The position numbers and the translations under genes are program-made. From assembly GCA_903954065.1 (NCBI GenBank), contig CAJBME010000343.1:5876-69875 (forward strand): a stretch of 64,000 nt of DNA, given 5' to 3'. Shown here piece after piece: positions 40,301 through 48,433 of this stretch (position 1 is the stretch's first letter; each line of letters begins with the position of its first letter). The notes beneath the pieces are model-generated. The model did not search any database. It had not been told where the DNA came from and was given only the letters and a program-made list of their open reading frames with translations. This DNA is from an uncultured bacterium. Lineage in GTDB: Bacteria; Verrucomicrobiota; Verrucomicrobiia; Verrucomicrobiales; V1-33.

Positions 40301-42046
40301 AACCCCACCAAACGCGCCCTACTGCACACGCTCGGTGTCAAACACGTCATTGACTCGCGCCGCGGTGACTTTGCCGAGACGGTCATGGAACTGACCCACG
40401 GACGCGGCGTCGACATCGTGCTCAACGCCCTCGCTGCCGAAGCCATCCCCATGGGGCTTTCCTGCTTGGCCGAATTCGGACGCTTCATCGAAATCGGCAA
40501 ACGCGACATCTATCAGAATTCCCGGCTACCGCTCTGGTCGCTGCGCCGCAACGCCTCGTTCCACGTGGTCGCCATGGATGCCGTTTTTGCCGGCGATGCC
40601 GAGCAGACACGCGAATTGATGCTGGAGATTTCCGACCTCGTGGAAGTCGGCGCCCTCCGCCCACTGCCGTACCGCTCGTTCCCCGCCAGCCGCATCGACG
40701 CCGCCTTCCGCCTGATGGCCGGCGGCCGCCACACCGGCAAAGTCATCGTCGCCTTCGCCGACGCGTTCCTCCTGCATCAAGGCGAACCCCCGCTGCCACC
40801 GTTCGACATCAAACCCGACGGCGCCTATCTCATCACCGGCGGACTCGGCGGATTCGGCCGCGTCCTCGCCGAATGGCTCGTCGACTGCGGAGCCCGTCAT
40901 CTCGTCCTCACCAGCCGCAGCGGCGCCTCCACCCCAGAAGCCGCCGACTTCGTCGCTAGCTTGCAGAAACGAGGTATCGACACCCGCGTCGTCCGGGCCG
41001 ACATCGGCGCACCCGAGGACGTGCAACGCCTCATCCAAGGGCTTCAGTCCGAAACCACCCCGCTCAAAGGCGTGTTCCATCTCGCCATGGTCATCGATGA
41101 CGCACCTCTCTCCGCCCTGACCAGCGAACGACTCCGCACCGTCATGGCCCCCAAAGCCCACGGCGCCTGGCTCCTCCACGAAAATACCAAAGACCTCGAG
41201 CTCGATTGCTTCGTCATGTTCTCGTCCGTCTCCAGTATCTTCGGCAATCCCGCCCAAGGCAATTACGCCGCCGCCAACGCCTTCCTCGATTCGCTGGCCC
41301 ACCACCGCCGGTCCCTCGGCCTGCCCGCCCTCGCCATCAACTGGGGAGTTCTCGGCGGCGAAGGATACGTCGCCCGCAATGAACGCGTGGCCGAATTCCT
41401 CGCCCGCCAAGGCACCGCCGCCCTGACCCCGCGGGAAGTCACCACTCTCATGGAATCATTCCTGACCGCCCACGCCACCCAAGTCGCCGCCATCCGCGTC
41501 GATTGGGCCAAATGGCGGCAGTCATTCCGCGGAATGCAGGAAAATCCGCTGGTCGAACGCATCTTCGCCTCCGGCGTCGAACTGCAGGAAACAAGCGGCG
41601 GCAATAGCGACTGGCGTCAACGCATCCAAGCCGCCACCGACGAGGAACGCGACAACGTCATCGGCCAAGCCGTTCGCGAGGTCGTCGGGTCCGTGCTGCG
41701 CGTGAAACCCGAAAGCCTGCGCGATGACCAACCGCTGACCGACCTCGGTCTCGACTCGCTCATGGGCGTGGAAATCGAAAACCTCATCGAAAGTTCCATC
41801 GGCGTGGCCCTTCCTCCCACCAGCCTGATGCGGGCCCGTACCATCGGCCAAATCGCCTCGCTCATCTCCGAACACATCGGAGGTAGCCAGGCCGCCGCCG
41901 CCACCGAAAACACCGCCACCACCACCCAGTCACTGCCCGCCGCCGAAATCGATGTCGACTCCCTCTCGGACGATGACATCGATGCCCTGCTCGGCGGCTC
42001 CTCCGACTCCGAGCCCGCCTCCCCAGGGCTGACCACCCGTTCCTAA
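34343..42046 (+). CDS. Single-module highly reducing type I PKS, KS-AT-DH-cMT-ER-KR-ACP
   Basis: KS DTACSS/HGTGT; AT GHSVG and HPFH; DH HKVDTHIIFP and HPVLLD; cMT EIGAGTAG; ER HAGAGGVG; KR TGGLGGFG, IDD, NY; ACP GLDSL. Confidence 0.95.
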   Translation: MHKEAIAIIGVGCRFPGGVNDTESFWKMLADGLDVVSEVPSDRWNVDRFYDAEPGLAGKTIAKRGGFLDNIDQFDPQFFGISPREAPYIDPQQRLLLETAWEAIEDAGVVLDFERGTDIGVFMGVSHNDYQNIQGGSADRSGISAHSPTGSAHSIAANRISYCLNLLGPSMSMDTACSSALTAVHIACEQIRTGRCRMAMAGGVTVMITPDGFIGFSQAGMLSPDGRCAAFDASANGFVRGEGAGIVLLKSLSQALADGDPIRGVILGSALNQDGHTNGISLPSPEAQAQLVLDACADAGINPSEVGFVEAHGTGTAVGDPIEATALANALCPNRPTTQPLPIGSVKTNLGHLETAAGIVGLIKGLLVLKHRQIPASLHFTTPNEHIDLAALKLRIPTRLEAFPELSGDNSRRIVGVNSFGFGGANAHVILTEPPVATPAPATTMSQERAWPAVLSARSESALQAAATRLGAWVTKHEQGNGHSPLLPALTYTLGARRNHHAHRLTLVARSSEELARELHDFAAGTAGHQARTSFSPRREAAPRIGFIMSGQGPQWWGMGRELMKNEPVFRQTMEACAHAMQPHARFSLLEELARDEASSKLQQTEIAQPAIFAMQLSLAELWKSIGVTPSAIAGHSVGEIAAACAAGILSLEEGCKVIVLRARLMHECARGDGTMLAVGLSEEEAVTLLNDFDGSVTIAAFNGPKSLTLSGPRSTLEVILATLESRAVFARFVRVDHPFHHALMQPAADALTEALATLSPRPETTPFFSTVTGQRCGGSDCTAAHWGRGIRQPVQFVPAVYALADFGIDVWLEISSHPALSLSIQECLSARNLKASVTASTRREREHECFLEAALDLHRAGVALDFAAMTPSREFLPLPAYPWDKSKWWHESSELRDGRLSPGGKGLLDSRLPRATPTWTTRLDGRHMAFLKDHKVDTHIIFPAAGFVEMVLEAGVQLFEGRPFAIEDFEIRKPLLLPDPPSGLVMELTYEPGERTFTIQSKFEQAATWSVHVVGSMRAERTESSFGVSSWQPPASDMNTEGVGQFYGYMSDLGLRYGDEFRPIRELAAGHGQSTGRVSLSPAIERRASEYALHPVLLDGALQVFSAGARTVEERRSKMKLPVRFARILFLRSPGASSRVNARVLHFNEELIEGRISLYDETGRPCVLVDGFRAISMTAARRPGASGGGRDLLYHVDWERFTTTAAPAPLAPVPLARLHEVATRTLNDIISIRGREELESVMAAEDTLAAAQLAHGLHQTGANLHAGFNASSLGVAPAMHTVFTRLMNSLVGRGLLAATPDGFIPSPAFDAAAASASDALRDFILEHPGHLPEGLLCASTCAELGPILRGEKDAVQILFSGPGAELLDQFYGDGLFASHWMASITSAVQEAARQLPEGRGLRLLEIGAGTAGLAAQMLPLLDRGLHSYVFTDVSAGFFPSANQKLAAFPEVEYKVFDLEKPSEDQGFTNNSYDFIVGTNVLHAVADVRATLKTLHGLLAPGGTLMFMDVATPQLWTESVFGLTSGWWHLTDRDLRPEQPLLQRAQWEAALKEAGFAETISLPGLHGPHGEGQIAVLARKTTAAADANSGAADAHAGAEAQETALEPSWLVFADDAGLGDALAARAVAAGSRCRVVHRGPAFSHPAADAFTLRPGEAADWKQLFAALGAEDSPRHLVYLWTLDERPGNGPEDALMGIDALLHLTHSLEETMSVAKLRFDLVTRGAQPAGRDMGATTIAQAPAIGLFRVILSEHPQFSCRSIDLPPVTNAADLDSLWHEILQGAPEREIALRGDARYAQRLTRGLPAREQRLAATTPLRLESRERGLLDSLRFTPFIMPTCGPDEVLIKVRAAGMNFRDVLKALALYPAETADARIFGDEIAGEVVAVGSAVTHVQPGDRAFGLAVFGLATHSLARGADVRPMPANLTYEEAATLPVVFMTAWHALKTVARIKQGDMILVHAGAGGVGMAAIQIAHHLGATVIASAGNPTKRALLHTLGVKHVIDSRRGDFAETVMELTHGRGVDIVLNALAAEAIPMGLSCLAEFGRFIEIGKRDIYQNSRLPLWSLRRNASFHVVAMDAVFAGDAEQTRELMLEISDLVEVGALRPLPYRSFPASRIDAAFRLMAGGRHTGKVIVAFADAFLLHQGEPPLPPFDIKPDGAYLITGGLGGFGRVLAEWLVDCGARHLVLTSRSGASTPEAADFVASLQKRGIDTRVVRADIGAPEDVQRLIQGLQSETTPLKGVFHLAMVIDDAPLSALTSERLRTVMAPKAHGAWLLHENTKDLELDCFVMFSSVSSIFGNPAQGNYAAANAFLDSLAHHRRSLGLPALAINWGVLGGEGYVARNERVAEFLARQGTAALTPREVTTLMESFLTAHATQVAAIRVDWAKWRQSFRGMQENPLVERIFASGVELQETSGGNSDWRQRIQAATDEERDNVIGQAVREVVGSVLRVKPESLRDDQPLTDLGLDSLMGVEIENLIESSIGVALPPTSLMRARTIGQIASLISEHIGGSQAAAATENTATTTQSLPAAEIDVDSLSDDDIDALLGGSSDSEPASPGLTTRS

Positions 42047-42050
42047 GTCC

Positions 42051-43445
42051 ATGGCGGAAGAAGACAACCGCGCCCGCCTTAAGCGGTGGCTGGAAAGCGG
42101 GGAAGCCCGCCTTCACCCGCTCAGTTTCCCCCAGCGCGAGCTGTGGGAAAACTCGCCGGTTCCCGCCGGGGATCCGGCCAACCACATCTGCGCCTCCATC
42201 GAAATCAAAGGCGGCATCACCCGCGAAGAATGCGAGGCCGCCCTGCAAAAAGTGATCGACCGGCATGAGGTCATGCGCCTGTCGGTCTTGCCGGGCAAGG
42301 ACAGGCCGGTGCACATGATCCGCTCCACGGGCACGGCCTCGCTGGGTTTTCGCCAGCTGTCCGCCGCCGAGGCCCAGCCGGCCGCCCTCGAATCCTTGAT
42401 GCAGGATGTATCTGCACGGCCGTTCGATCTCCTGCAAGGCCCGCTCTACCGGGTCGAGATGATGCAGCGAAGCACCTCCGATCACATTCTGGCCTTTTCG
42501 ATTCATCATGCCATCGCCGACGGCTGGTCCCTCGGTGTTTTTGTGCAGGATCTTTCCACCGCCTATGTCATGGGGCTGAATGGGCTGCGACGAGCCGTGG
42601 CCACGGGCGTCATGAAGCTGAACGACTCGCTGCCACCCGTGCCCCAAACCCACAGTGCCTGGGCCGCCGCCGAACGGGCGTTCTGGCAGCCCCCGGAGCT
42701 CGAAAGACGCGCTGGATTTTGGAAATCACAGCTGGATGGCTCCCGGCGGCTCTGGCATCATCATGACGGTTCCGCCCGCGGCACCGGCCCGCTCGCCCGG
42801 TGCGTCTGCTCGCTGCCAGCCAACCTGACCCGCAGCATCAAAGACCTCGCTTTGAAAAATGGCGCCACCTTGTTCAGCACCCTGCTCGCCGCATTTCAGG
42901 TCGCTCTGGAAAAATGGACTGGTCAGGATGATACGGTCGTCGGCACCCCGGTCGCCAACCGCAACAAAGAAGTCGTTCGCCAGACCATGGGCTACTTCGC
43001 CGGCATCGTCCCGCTCCGCGGACAACTCGACCGCCGCATGACGTTTTCCCAACACCTTGCCTCCGTGCACAACCGGGCCGTCGACTGCTTCGCCCACGCC
43101 ATGCCCTTCGCCGAACTCGCCCGCACTCTTGGTGAGGCCAGCGGCCCAAGCCAGCACTCGATCTTTGACGTCCGCTTCGCCCTACAAAACCACCCGGTCC
43201 CGGACGTGGTCCTACCGCGCATCTCAACCCGGTTGCGCATGCGTTCCACCGGCACCGCACGCTTTGACCTCGCCTGCGAAATCACCGAGACCGGAGCGGA
43301 GATGGAGGTTGTCTGGCTGCATCGCGAGGCTATGATCTCGCGTAAGGAGGTGATGGACTTGGACGGATTGTTCCGCTCCGTGCTCGTCCGCATTTCTCAA
43401 AACCCGGAGAGCCGCTTAGACGCCGCCATCGTATCCCATTCATGA
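42051..43445 (+). CDS. Stand-alone NRPS-type condensation domain protein
   Basis: LSFPQRELW, intact HHAIADGW, GTPVANR; no A or T domain. Confidence 0.9.
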   Translation: MAEEDNRARLKRWLESGEARLHPLSFPQRELWENSPVPAGDPANHICASIEIKGGITREECEAALQKVIDRHEVMRLSVLPGKDRPVHMIRSTGTASLGFRQLSAAEAQPAALESLMQDVSARPFDLLQGPLYRVEMMQRSTSDHILAFSIHHAIADGWSLGVFVQDLSTAYVMGLNGLRRAVATGVMKLNDSLPPVPQTHSAWAAAERAFWQPPELERRAGFWKSQLDGSRRLWHHHDGSARGTGPLARCVCSLPANLTRSIKDLALKNGATLFSTLLAAFQVALEKWTGQDDTVVGTPVANRNKEVVRQTMGYFAGIVPLRGQLDRRMTFSQHLASVHNRAVDCFAHAMPFAELARTLGEASGPSQHSIFDVRFALQNHPVPDVVLPRISTRLRMRSTGTARFDLACEITETGAEMEVVWLHREAMISRKEVMDLDGLFRSVLVRISQNPESRLDAAIVSHS

Positions 43446-44494
43446 ATCCGCCGTCTCCTCCCCACCCCACCATCATTTTACCCACGGCTCACAGCGAAAG
43501 CCGGCCCGTCGCTCATGATGACGACGAACACGGCCAGACTCACTGGGTCAGCCGGGCCGCCTTTCCCCTCATTGGCGCCGGCTTGGTGCTTTCCCAGACC
43601 GCCCTCGGATTCGCCCTGTTTTACGGCTGGATCTGGCTGGCCATCCCTTTGGTCATTCTCGTCAGCCACTTCATGCACGGCGCCCTGATCGGGTTTCACG
43701 AAGCCTCGCACGGCATGCTCCGCAAAAACCGCCTGCTCAATGAAGTTGATGGCGTGCTGGCTGGGGTGCTCAGCTTCATGAGCTTCACCCTCTACCGCGC
43801 CGCTCACCAAACTCATCACATGCACCTCGCCACCGAACGCGATGAGGAATTGTGGCCGTTCGTCAATGTGAAGGCCCCACTGTGGAGCCGCCGTCTGGCC
43901 GCCGCCATCGAACTCAATCTAGGCCTGCTCTTCACCCCGTTCCTCTTCTGGCGCATTTTCTTCCGCAAAGATTCACTCATCCGTAGCCGGAAAGTGCGGC
44001 GACGCATCTGGTTGGAATTCTGGATGTTGGTCGGATTCTGGACCGCCGTCCTCACCGCCGTCGCGTGGTCAGGAACGTGGCTGTACTTCACCTGGACCTT
44101 TCTCGTCCCAGGCCTCATCGCCGGAAATCTGCAAAGCTGGCGCAAATACATCGAACACGTCGGCCTCAGCGGCCACACCGCTCGCAGCGCCACCCGTAGC
44201 ATCGTCGCCGATACTTGGTCCGGTCGGCTGCTCTCCCTGACCCTGCTCCATGAACCATTCCACGGCGTGCACCACCTGAAAGCCGGGCTACCCCATTATG
44301 AACTCCCACTCCACGCTCACTCGCTCGAGCCCGCCGCCGAGGGCGAAATGAAGCCGTTTCCCAATTACCGCAGCGCCCTGAAACACTTGCTCCAAAACCT
44401 GTCAGACCCACGCGTCGGCAGCCACTGGCCGGACGCCAGCCCACACGCCGCCCGCCACCCTGTCCCCACCGCCCACCACGTCCCCCAGTCATGA
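43442..44494 (+). CDS. Membrane fatty-acid desaturase family protein
   Basis: His boxes HEASH, HQTHH, HGVHH; TM segments; ATGA overlap with the C-domain gene. Confidence 0.9.
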   Translation: MNPPSPPHPTIILPTAHSESRPVAHDDDEHGQTHWVSRAAFPLIGAGLVLSQTALGFALFYGWIWLAIPLVILVSHFMHGALIGFHEASHGMLRKNRLLNEVDGVLAGVLSFMSFTLYRAAHQTHHMHLATERDEELWPFVNVKAPLWSRRLAAAIELNLGLLFTPFLFWRIFFRKDSLIRSRKVRRRIWLEFWMLVGFWTAVLTAVAWSGTWLYFTWTFLVPGLIAGNLQSWRKYIEHVGLSGHTARSATRSIVADTWSGRLLSLTLLHEPFHGVHHLKAGLPHYELPLHAHSLEPAAEGEMKPFPNYRSALKHLLQNLSDPRVGSHWPDASPHAARHPVPTAHHVPQS

Positions 44495-45198
44495 TTGCAC
44501 CACCCACTTCTCAGACGGGAGACATCGTCTTTGAGGCCCGCCAGCTCGCTAAAGAATTCGACGGCGGTCAGGTCGCCGCCTTGCGCGGGGTGGACTTTCA
44601 AATCCGGGAGCACGAATTCGTCGCCATCGTCGGCCCCAGCGGCTGCGGCAAAAGCACCCTGCTGCAAATGCTCGGTTCGCTCGACCACCCCACTAGCGGC
44701 AGCCTGACCTACCGCGGCGCTTCCATCCCCGGCATGCCCGACCCTTCCGCCTATCGCGCCCATCACATCGGCTTCGTCTTTCAAGCGTTTCACCTACTGC
44801 CGACTTTCAACGTCGTCGAAAACGTGCAAATCCCCATGTTCGAGGGCGGCTTGTCCCGCACCCAACGCCGGGAGCGCGCCGTCGACCTCCTCAAATCTGT
44901 CGGCCTCGACCACCGTCTAGGTCACTTTCCTTCGCAATTGTCCGGAGGCGAACGCCAGCGCGTCGCCATCGCCCGCAGTCTCGCCAACCGGCCGTCCGTG
45001 CTACTGGCCGACGAACCGACCGGCAACCTCGATAGCGAAAATGCCGTGCACGTCATGGAATTGATCCTCAAATTACACCGCGAGTTAGGCATGACCTTGA
45101 TCCTCGTCACTCATGACCCATCCATCGCCGCCCAAGCATCCAGAACGATCCGCATGAAAGACGGCCGCGTCGTGCCCGCCGACAGCCCCCACCCGTAG
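44491..45198 (+). CDS. ABC transporter ATPase (LolD/MacB type)
   Basis: GPSGCGKST, LSGGERQRVAIAR, LADEPTGNLD. Confidence 0.95.
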   Translation: MIAPPTSQTGDIVFEARQLAKEFDGGQVAALRGVDFQIREHEFVAIVGPSGCGKSTLLQMLGSLDHPTSGSLTYRGASIPGMPDPSAYRAHHIGFVFQAFHLLPTFNVVENVQIPMFEGGLSRTQRRERAVDLLKSVGLDHRLGHFPSQLSGGERQRVAIARSLANRPSVLLADEPTGNLDSENAVHVMELILKLHRELGMTLILVTHDPSIAAQASRTIRMKDGRVVPADSPHP

Positions 45199-45211
45199 CC
45201 CGCTCATCCCT

Positions 45212-46327
45212 ATGACATTTTTCACCATCGTGGTCCGCAGCCTGGTGCGGCGCCCCGTCCGCACCGGGTTGACTCTCGTCGGGATCTCCATCGGTATCGC
45301 CGCCGTCGTCGCCCTCGTCGGCATGGCGTGGGGATACGAAAAAAGCATCGTCCGCCAGCTCGACGTCATCGGGATCGACGTCGTCGTCAGTAATATGAGC
45401 GGCGGATTGATGCCGAAGGTCTTCGACGAATCCCTCGAAGAAAAAATCGCCCCGCTACCGAAGGTCGCCGCCACCACCTCCGTTCTCATGCAAATGCTCA
45501 GCATCGAGGACGCCCCCATGATGATGATCTCAGGCCGGGAATGGGGCGGATTCACCTGGGACAAAATCTCCGTCATCGAAGGCCGCCTGCCCCACAACGC
45601 CACCGAACGCGCCGTCGTCATCGGACGACTGGCCGCCGAAGTACTCAAGAAAAAACCCGGCGATACCGTGCAAATCGAGGCCGATGAACTGCCCGTCGTC
45701 GGCATCATCGACGGCCAAGCCGTCGTCGAAAATGGCGCTATTATTCTTTCACTCAATGTTTTACAAGAGATCACTCTGAACGAGGGTAAGGTGAATTTTG
45801 TCGATATCCGCGTCACCCCAGGCACCACCAAACAAGAGGTGACCGCCCTCTGCGATTCCATCAAAGAAATTTTCCCGGAAGGCCGGGCCATGGTCGCCAG
45901 CGAAGTCGTGGGCACCAGTCAAGGGTTTCGCGTGGCGCGCGCCATGAGCTGGAGTACTTCCCTGCTGGCCATCATCGTCGGGGTCCTCGGCGTGATGAAT
46001 ACCATGCTCATGACCGTCTTCGAACGCACTCACGAGATTGGTATTCTGCTCGCCGTCGGCTGGAAACGACGTCGTATCATGTTAATGGTTCTACTGGAAT
46101 CAGCCCTACTCGGCCTACTCGGCGGCGTGCTCGGAGTCGCCCTCGGCGCCCTCGGCTTAAAAATCCTCGAAACAACCCCCGCCATTCGCGGCCTGCTAGA
46201 ACCGGATTTAAGCCCGCGCCTCCTGCTCATCTCCATCGCCATCGCCGTCGTCGTCGGCGTCATCAGCGGTCTCTACCCGGGCTGGCGCAGCTCCCGCCTC
46301 TCCCCCAGCCTCGCCCTCCACGGATAA
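45212..46327 (+). CDS. ABC permease (MacB/FtsX-like, type VII)
   Basis: RTGLTLVGISIGIAAVV, large periplasmic domain, VFERTHEIGIL.AVG. Confidence 0.9.
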   Translation: MTFFTIVVRSLVRRPVRTGLTLVGISIGIAAVVALVGMAWGYEKSIVRQLDVIGIDVVVSNMSGGLMPKVFDESLEEKIAPLPKVAATTSVLMQMLSIEDAPMMMISGREWGGFTWDKISVIEGRLPHNATERAVVIGRLAAEVLKKKPGDTVQIEADELPVVGIIDGQAVVENGAIILSLNVLQEITLNEGKVNFVDIRVTPGTTKQEVTALCDSIKEIFPEGRAMVASEVVGTSQGFRVARAMSWSTSLLAIIVGVLGVMNTMLMTVFERTHEIGILLAVGWKRRRIMLMVLLESALLGLLGGVLGVALGALGLKILETTPAIRGLLEPDLSPRLLLISIAIAVVVGVISGLYPGWRSSRLSPSLALHG

Positions 46328-46360
46328 CGGCCCCACCCCGCCTCCACCCCCGCCACCGAC

Positions 46361-47176
46361 ATGATCACTTCCCGCCTGCGCCCACTCCTGCTCGCCTCCC
46401 TGCTCGGAGCCGCCCTCATCGCCTCCCCCGTCGCCGCTCAGGAATCAACGCCCAGCGCCCGTGAACTCTCCTCCCAACTCGCCGCCGGCATCCAAGACGG
46501 CGCGTCCACTGTGCGCCTGAAAATCGAGTTCCGCGCCGCCGCCACCGCCCCCAACTCCGTCCTCCAACTGGCCGTTAAATCACTGCGAACTGAGGCCACC
46601 ACCAAACTTACCTACCAGGTGCTCTGGCCCAAAGAACGAAAAGGCGAAGGCTTTACCCTGAATCGGTCAGACGACAGCCCCGTCACCGGAGCCGTCTTCA
46701 CCCCGCCCGACTCGCTCCGCCCCCTGCCCCCGCCCCCCGCCGGCTGGCAGGAACCCGTCTTCGGCAGCGACCTCTCGTACGAAGACCTGCTCGACAACTT
46801 CTTCGCCTGGGAGCACCAATCCATCACCGGCACCGAAACGATCGACCGCCTCCCCTGCCTCATTCTCGAATCTAAACCCGGTAAAAATCAGCGGTCCTCC
46901 TACAGCGCAGTCCGCAGCTGGATCGATCCGAAAAAACTCGTTCCCATGCGCATCGAGAAACTCCTCGCTTCCGGTCAGGTGGCGAGACGCATCGTCACTA
47001 CCCGCGTCGCCAAGGACGACACCGGTCGCCCCGTCGCCTCCAGCTTTTCAGTCAGCCGCCCAGGACACGACTCACTCACGGAACTCGAAGGATCCAGCAG
47101 CCGCCATGAAGTCACCCTGAGCGAAGCCGACTTCACCCCAGAAGCCTTGCGCAGTCCAACCGCCAAAACCCGCTAA
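46361..47176 (+). CDS. LolA-like outer-membrane-sorting periplasmic protein
   Basis: Sec signal peptide; FGSDLSYEDL and YS.VRSWID..LVPMRIE motifs. Confidence 0.75.
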   Translation: MITSRLRPLLLASLLGAALIASPVAAQESTPSARELSSQLAAGIQDGASTVRLKIEFRAAATAPNSVLQLAVKSLRTEATTKLTYQVLWPKERKGEGFTLNRSDDSPVTGAVFTPPDSLRPLPPPPAGWQEPVFGSDLSYEDLLDNFFAWEHQSITGTETIDRLPCLILESKPGKNQRSSYSAVRSWIDPKKLVPMRIEKLLASGQVARRIVTTRVAKDDTGRPVASSFSVSRPGHDSLTELEGSSSRHEVTLSEADFTPEALRSPTAKTR

Positions 47177-47345
47177 ACACCCTCGCCCTCACGCTCCAGG
47201 CCACCACCCAACAGCCGCATTACCGCGCTGGAGGTCGCCCTGACCGGTGCGGAAGCAGAAATTAGTCACAAAAAACCCCGCATTTCCCACCGCCGCGCAA
47301 AATCAGTCTTGCGGCGAGATGATGCGGAAGCCACTCTCTCGATCC

Positions 47346-47861
47346 ATGTCGGACAAGACCATCACCCGCCGCCCACGCCTGATTGGGCCGCGTCGAACTT
47401 TCGCCATTGTGGCCAGCACCTTCAATGAAGACTTCGTGCAAGGTCTCATTGACTCGTGCCGCAATGAGATCGTCGCCCTGCTCCCCAACTCCAGCATCCC
47501 CCTTTACCGGGTGCCCGGCGCAGGCGAAATCCCCGTGTGCGCGGAATACGTTCTGAATCACACCGGCGCCGATGTCGTCATAGCTCTGGGTGTCGTCCTC
47601 GAAGGATCCACCGCCCACGCCGACATCATCGCCCGGACCGTAGCCACCCAGCTGGCTGAAATGGCCGTTCGCCATGAACTGCCCGTCATCAATGAGGTCC
47701 TGCTCCTCAAGGACGAGGAACAAGCACGCGAACGATGCTTCGGCTCAGAACTCAATCGTGGGGTGGAAGCCGCTCGCGCCGCCCTCACCATGGCCGAACT
47801 CTTCCAAAAACTACACACCGCCTACCCCGGCGTCCGTGAACGCGATCGCGCCAGCACATGA
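47346..47861 (+). CDS. ribH: 6,7-dimethyl-8-ribityllumazine synthase
   Basis: VPGAGEIP, LGVVLEGSTAH, PVINEVL; linked to nusB. Confidence 0.92.
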   Translation: MSDKTITRRPRLIGPRRTFAIVASTFNEDFVQGLIDSCRNEIVALLPNSSIPLYRVPGAGEIPVCAEYVLNHTGADVVIALGVVLEGSTAHADIIARTVATQLAEMAVRHELPVINEVLLLKDEEQARERCFGSELNRGVEAARAALTMAELFQKLHTAYPGVRERDRAST

Positions 47862-48388
47862 GCAGCCTGCGCCGTGAAGGCCGTGAGGCCGCTGTTCAAT
47901 TCCTCTACAGTCTGGACCAAAATCCCGCCCCCGACGCCTCCGGTCTCGAGCTATTTTGGACCGTCCACCAAGCCGGACCCGGAGCCCGCAAATTCGCCGA
48001 GTCTCTCATCGGCGGCGTCATCGCACGCCGCCGTGAGGTCGATGAGCGTCTCACGCAAGCCCTCTCCAACTGGGCCCTCGACCGCCTCGAGGTCGTCGAT
48101 CGCAACGTCTTGCGACTCGCCATCTACGAAATGTTCTTTTGTCTGGAGACGCCGCCCATCGTCGCCATCAATGAGGCCATCGAGGTCTCACGCCGCCTCG
48201 GCACCCCAGACTCGCCACGCTTCATCAATGGTGTGCTCGACGAATTGAAAAAACAATTGTCTCGCCCGCTGCGGACCCCAGAACCCGGCCCCAGAACAGG
48301 CCGCCCGCAACCGGTGCGGCCGCCCCAGCCTGAAAACGATTCCGCCGTCGAGCCACTTCGAGAACCCGCCGACCAGAGCCCGACTTGA
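47858..48388 (+). CDS. nusB: Transcription antitermination factor NusB
   Basis: REAAVQFLY, VDRNVLRLAIYE, FINGVLD. Confidence 0.95.
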   Translation: MSSLRREGREAAVQFLYSLDQNPAPDASGLELFWTVHQAGPGARKFAESLIGGVIARRREVDERLTQALSNWALDRLEVVDRNVLRLAIYEMFFCLETPPIVAINEAIEVSRRLGTPDSPRFINGVLDELKKQLSRPLRTPEPGPRTGRPQPVRPPQPENDSAVEPLREPADQSPT

Positions 48389-48433
48389 TCCGGTTCCGCC
48401 CGTCCGCCATCTCACCCCTCACGCCTCCATCCT

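Noticed and set aside
47180-47345. FMN riboswitch upstream of ribH
   Set aside because: The conserved RFN elements are absent; only a generic hairpin is present
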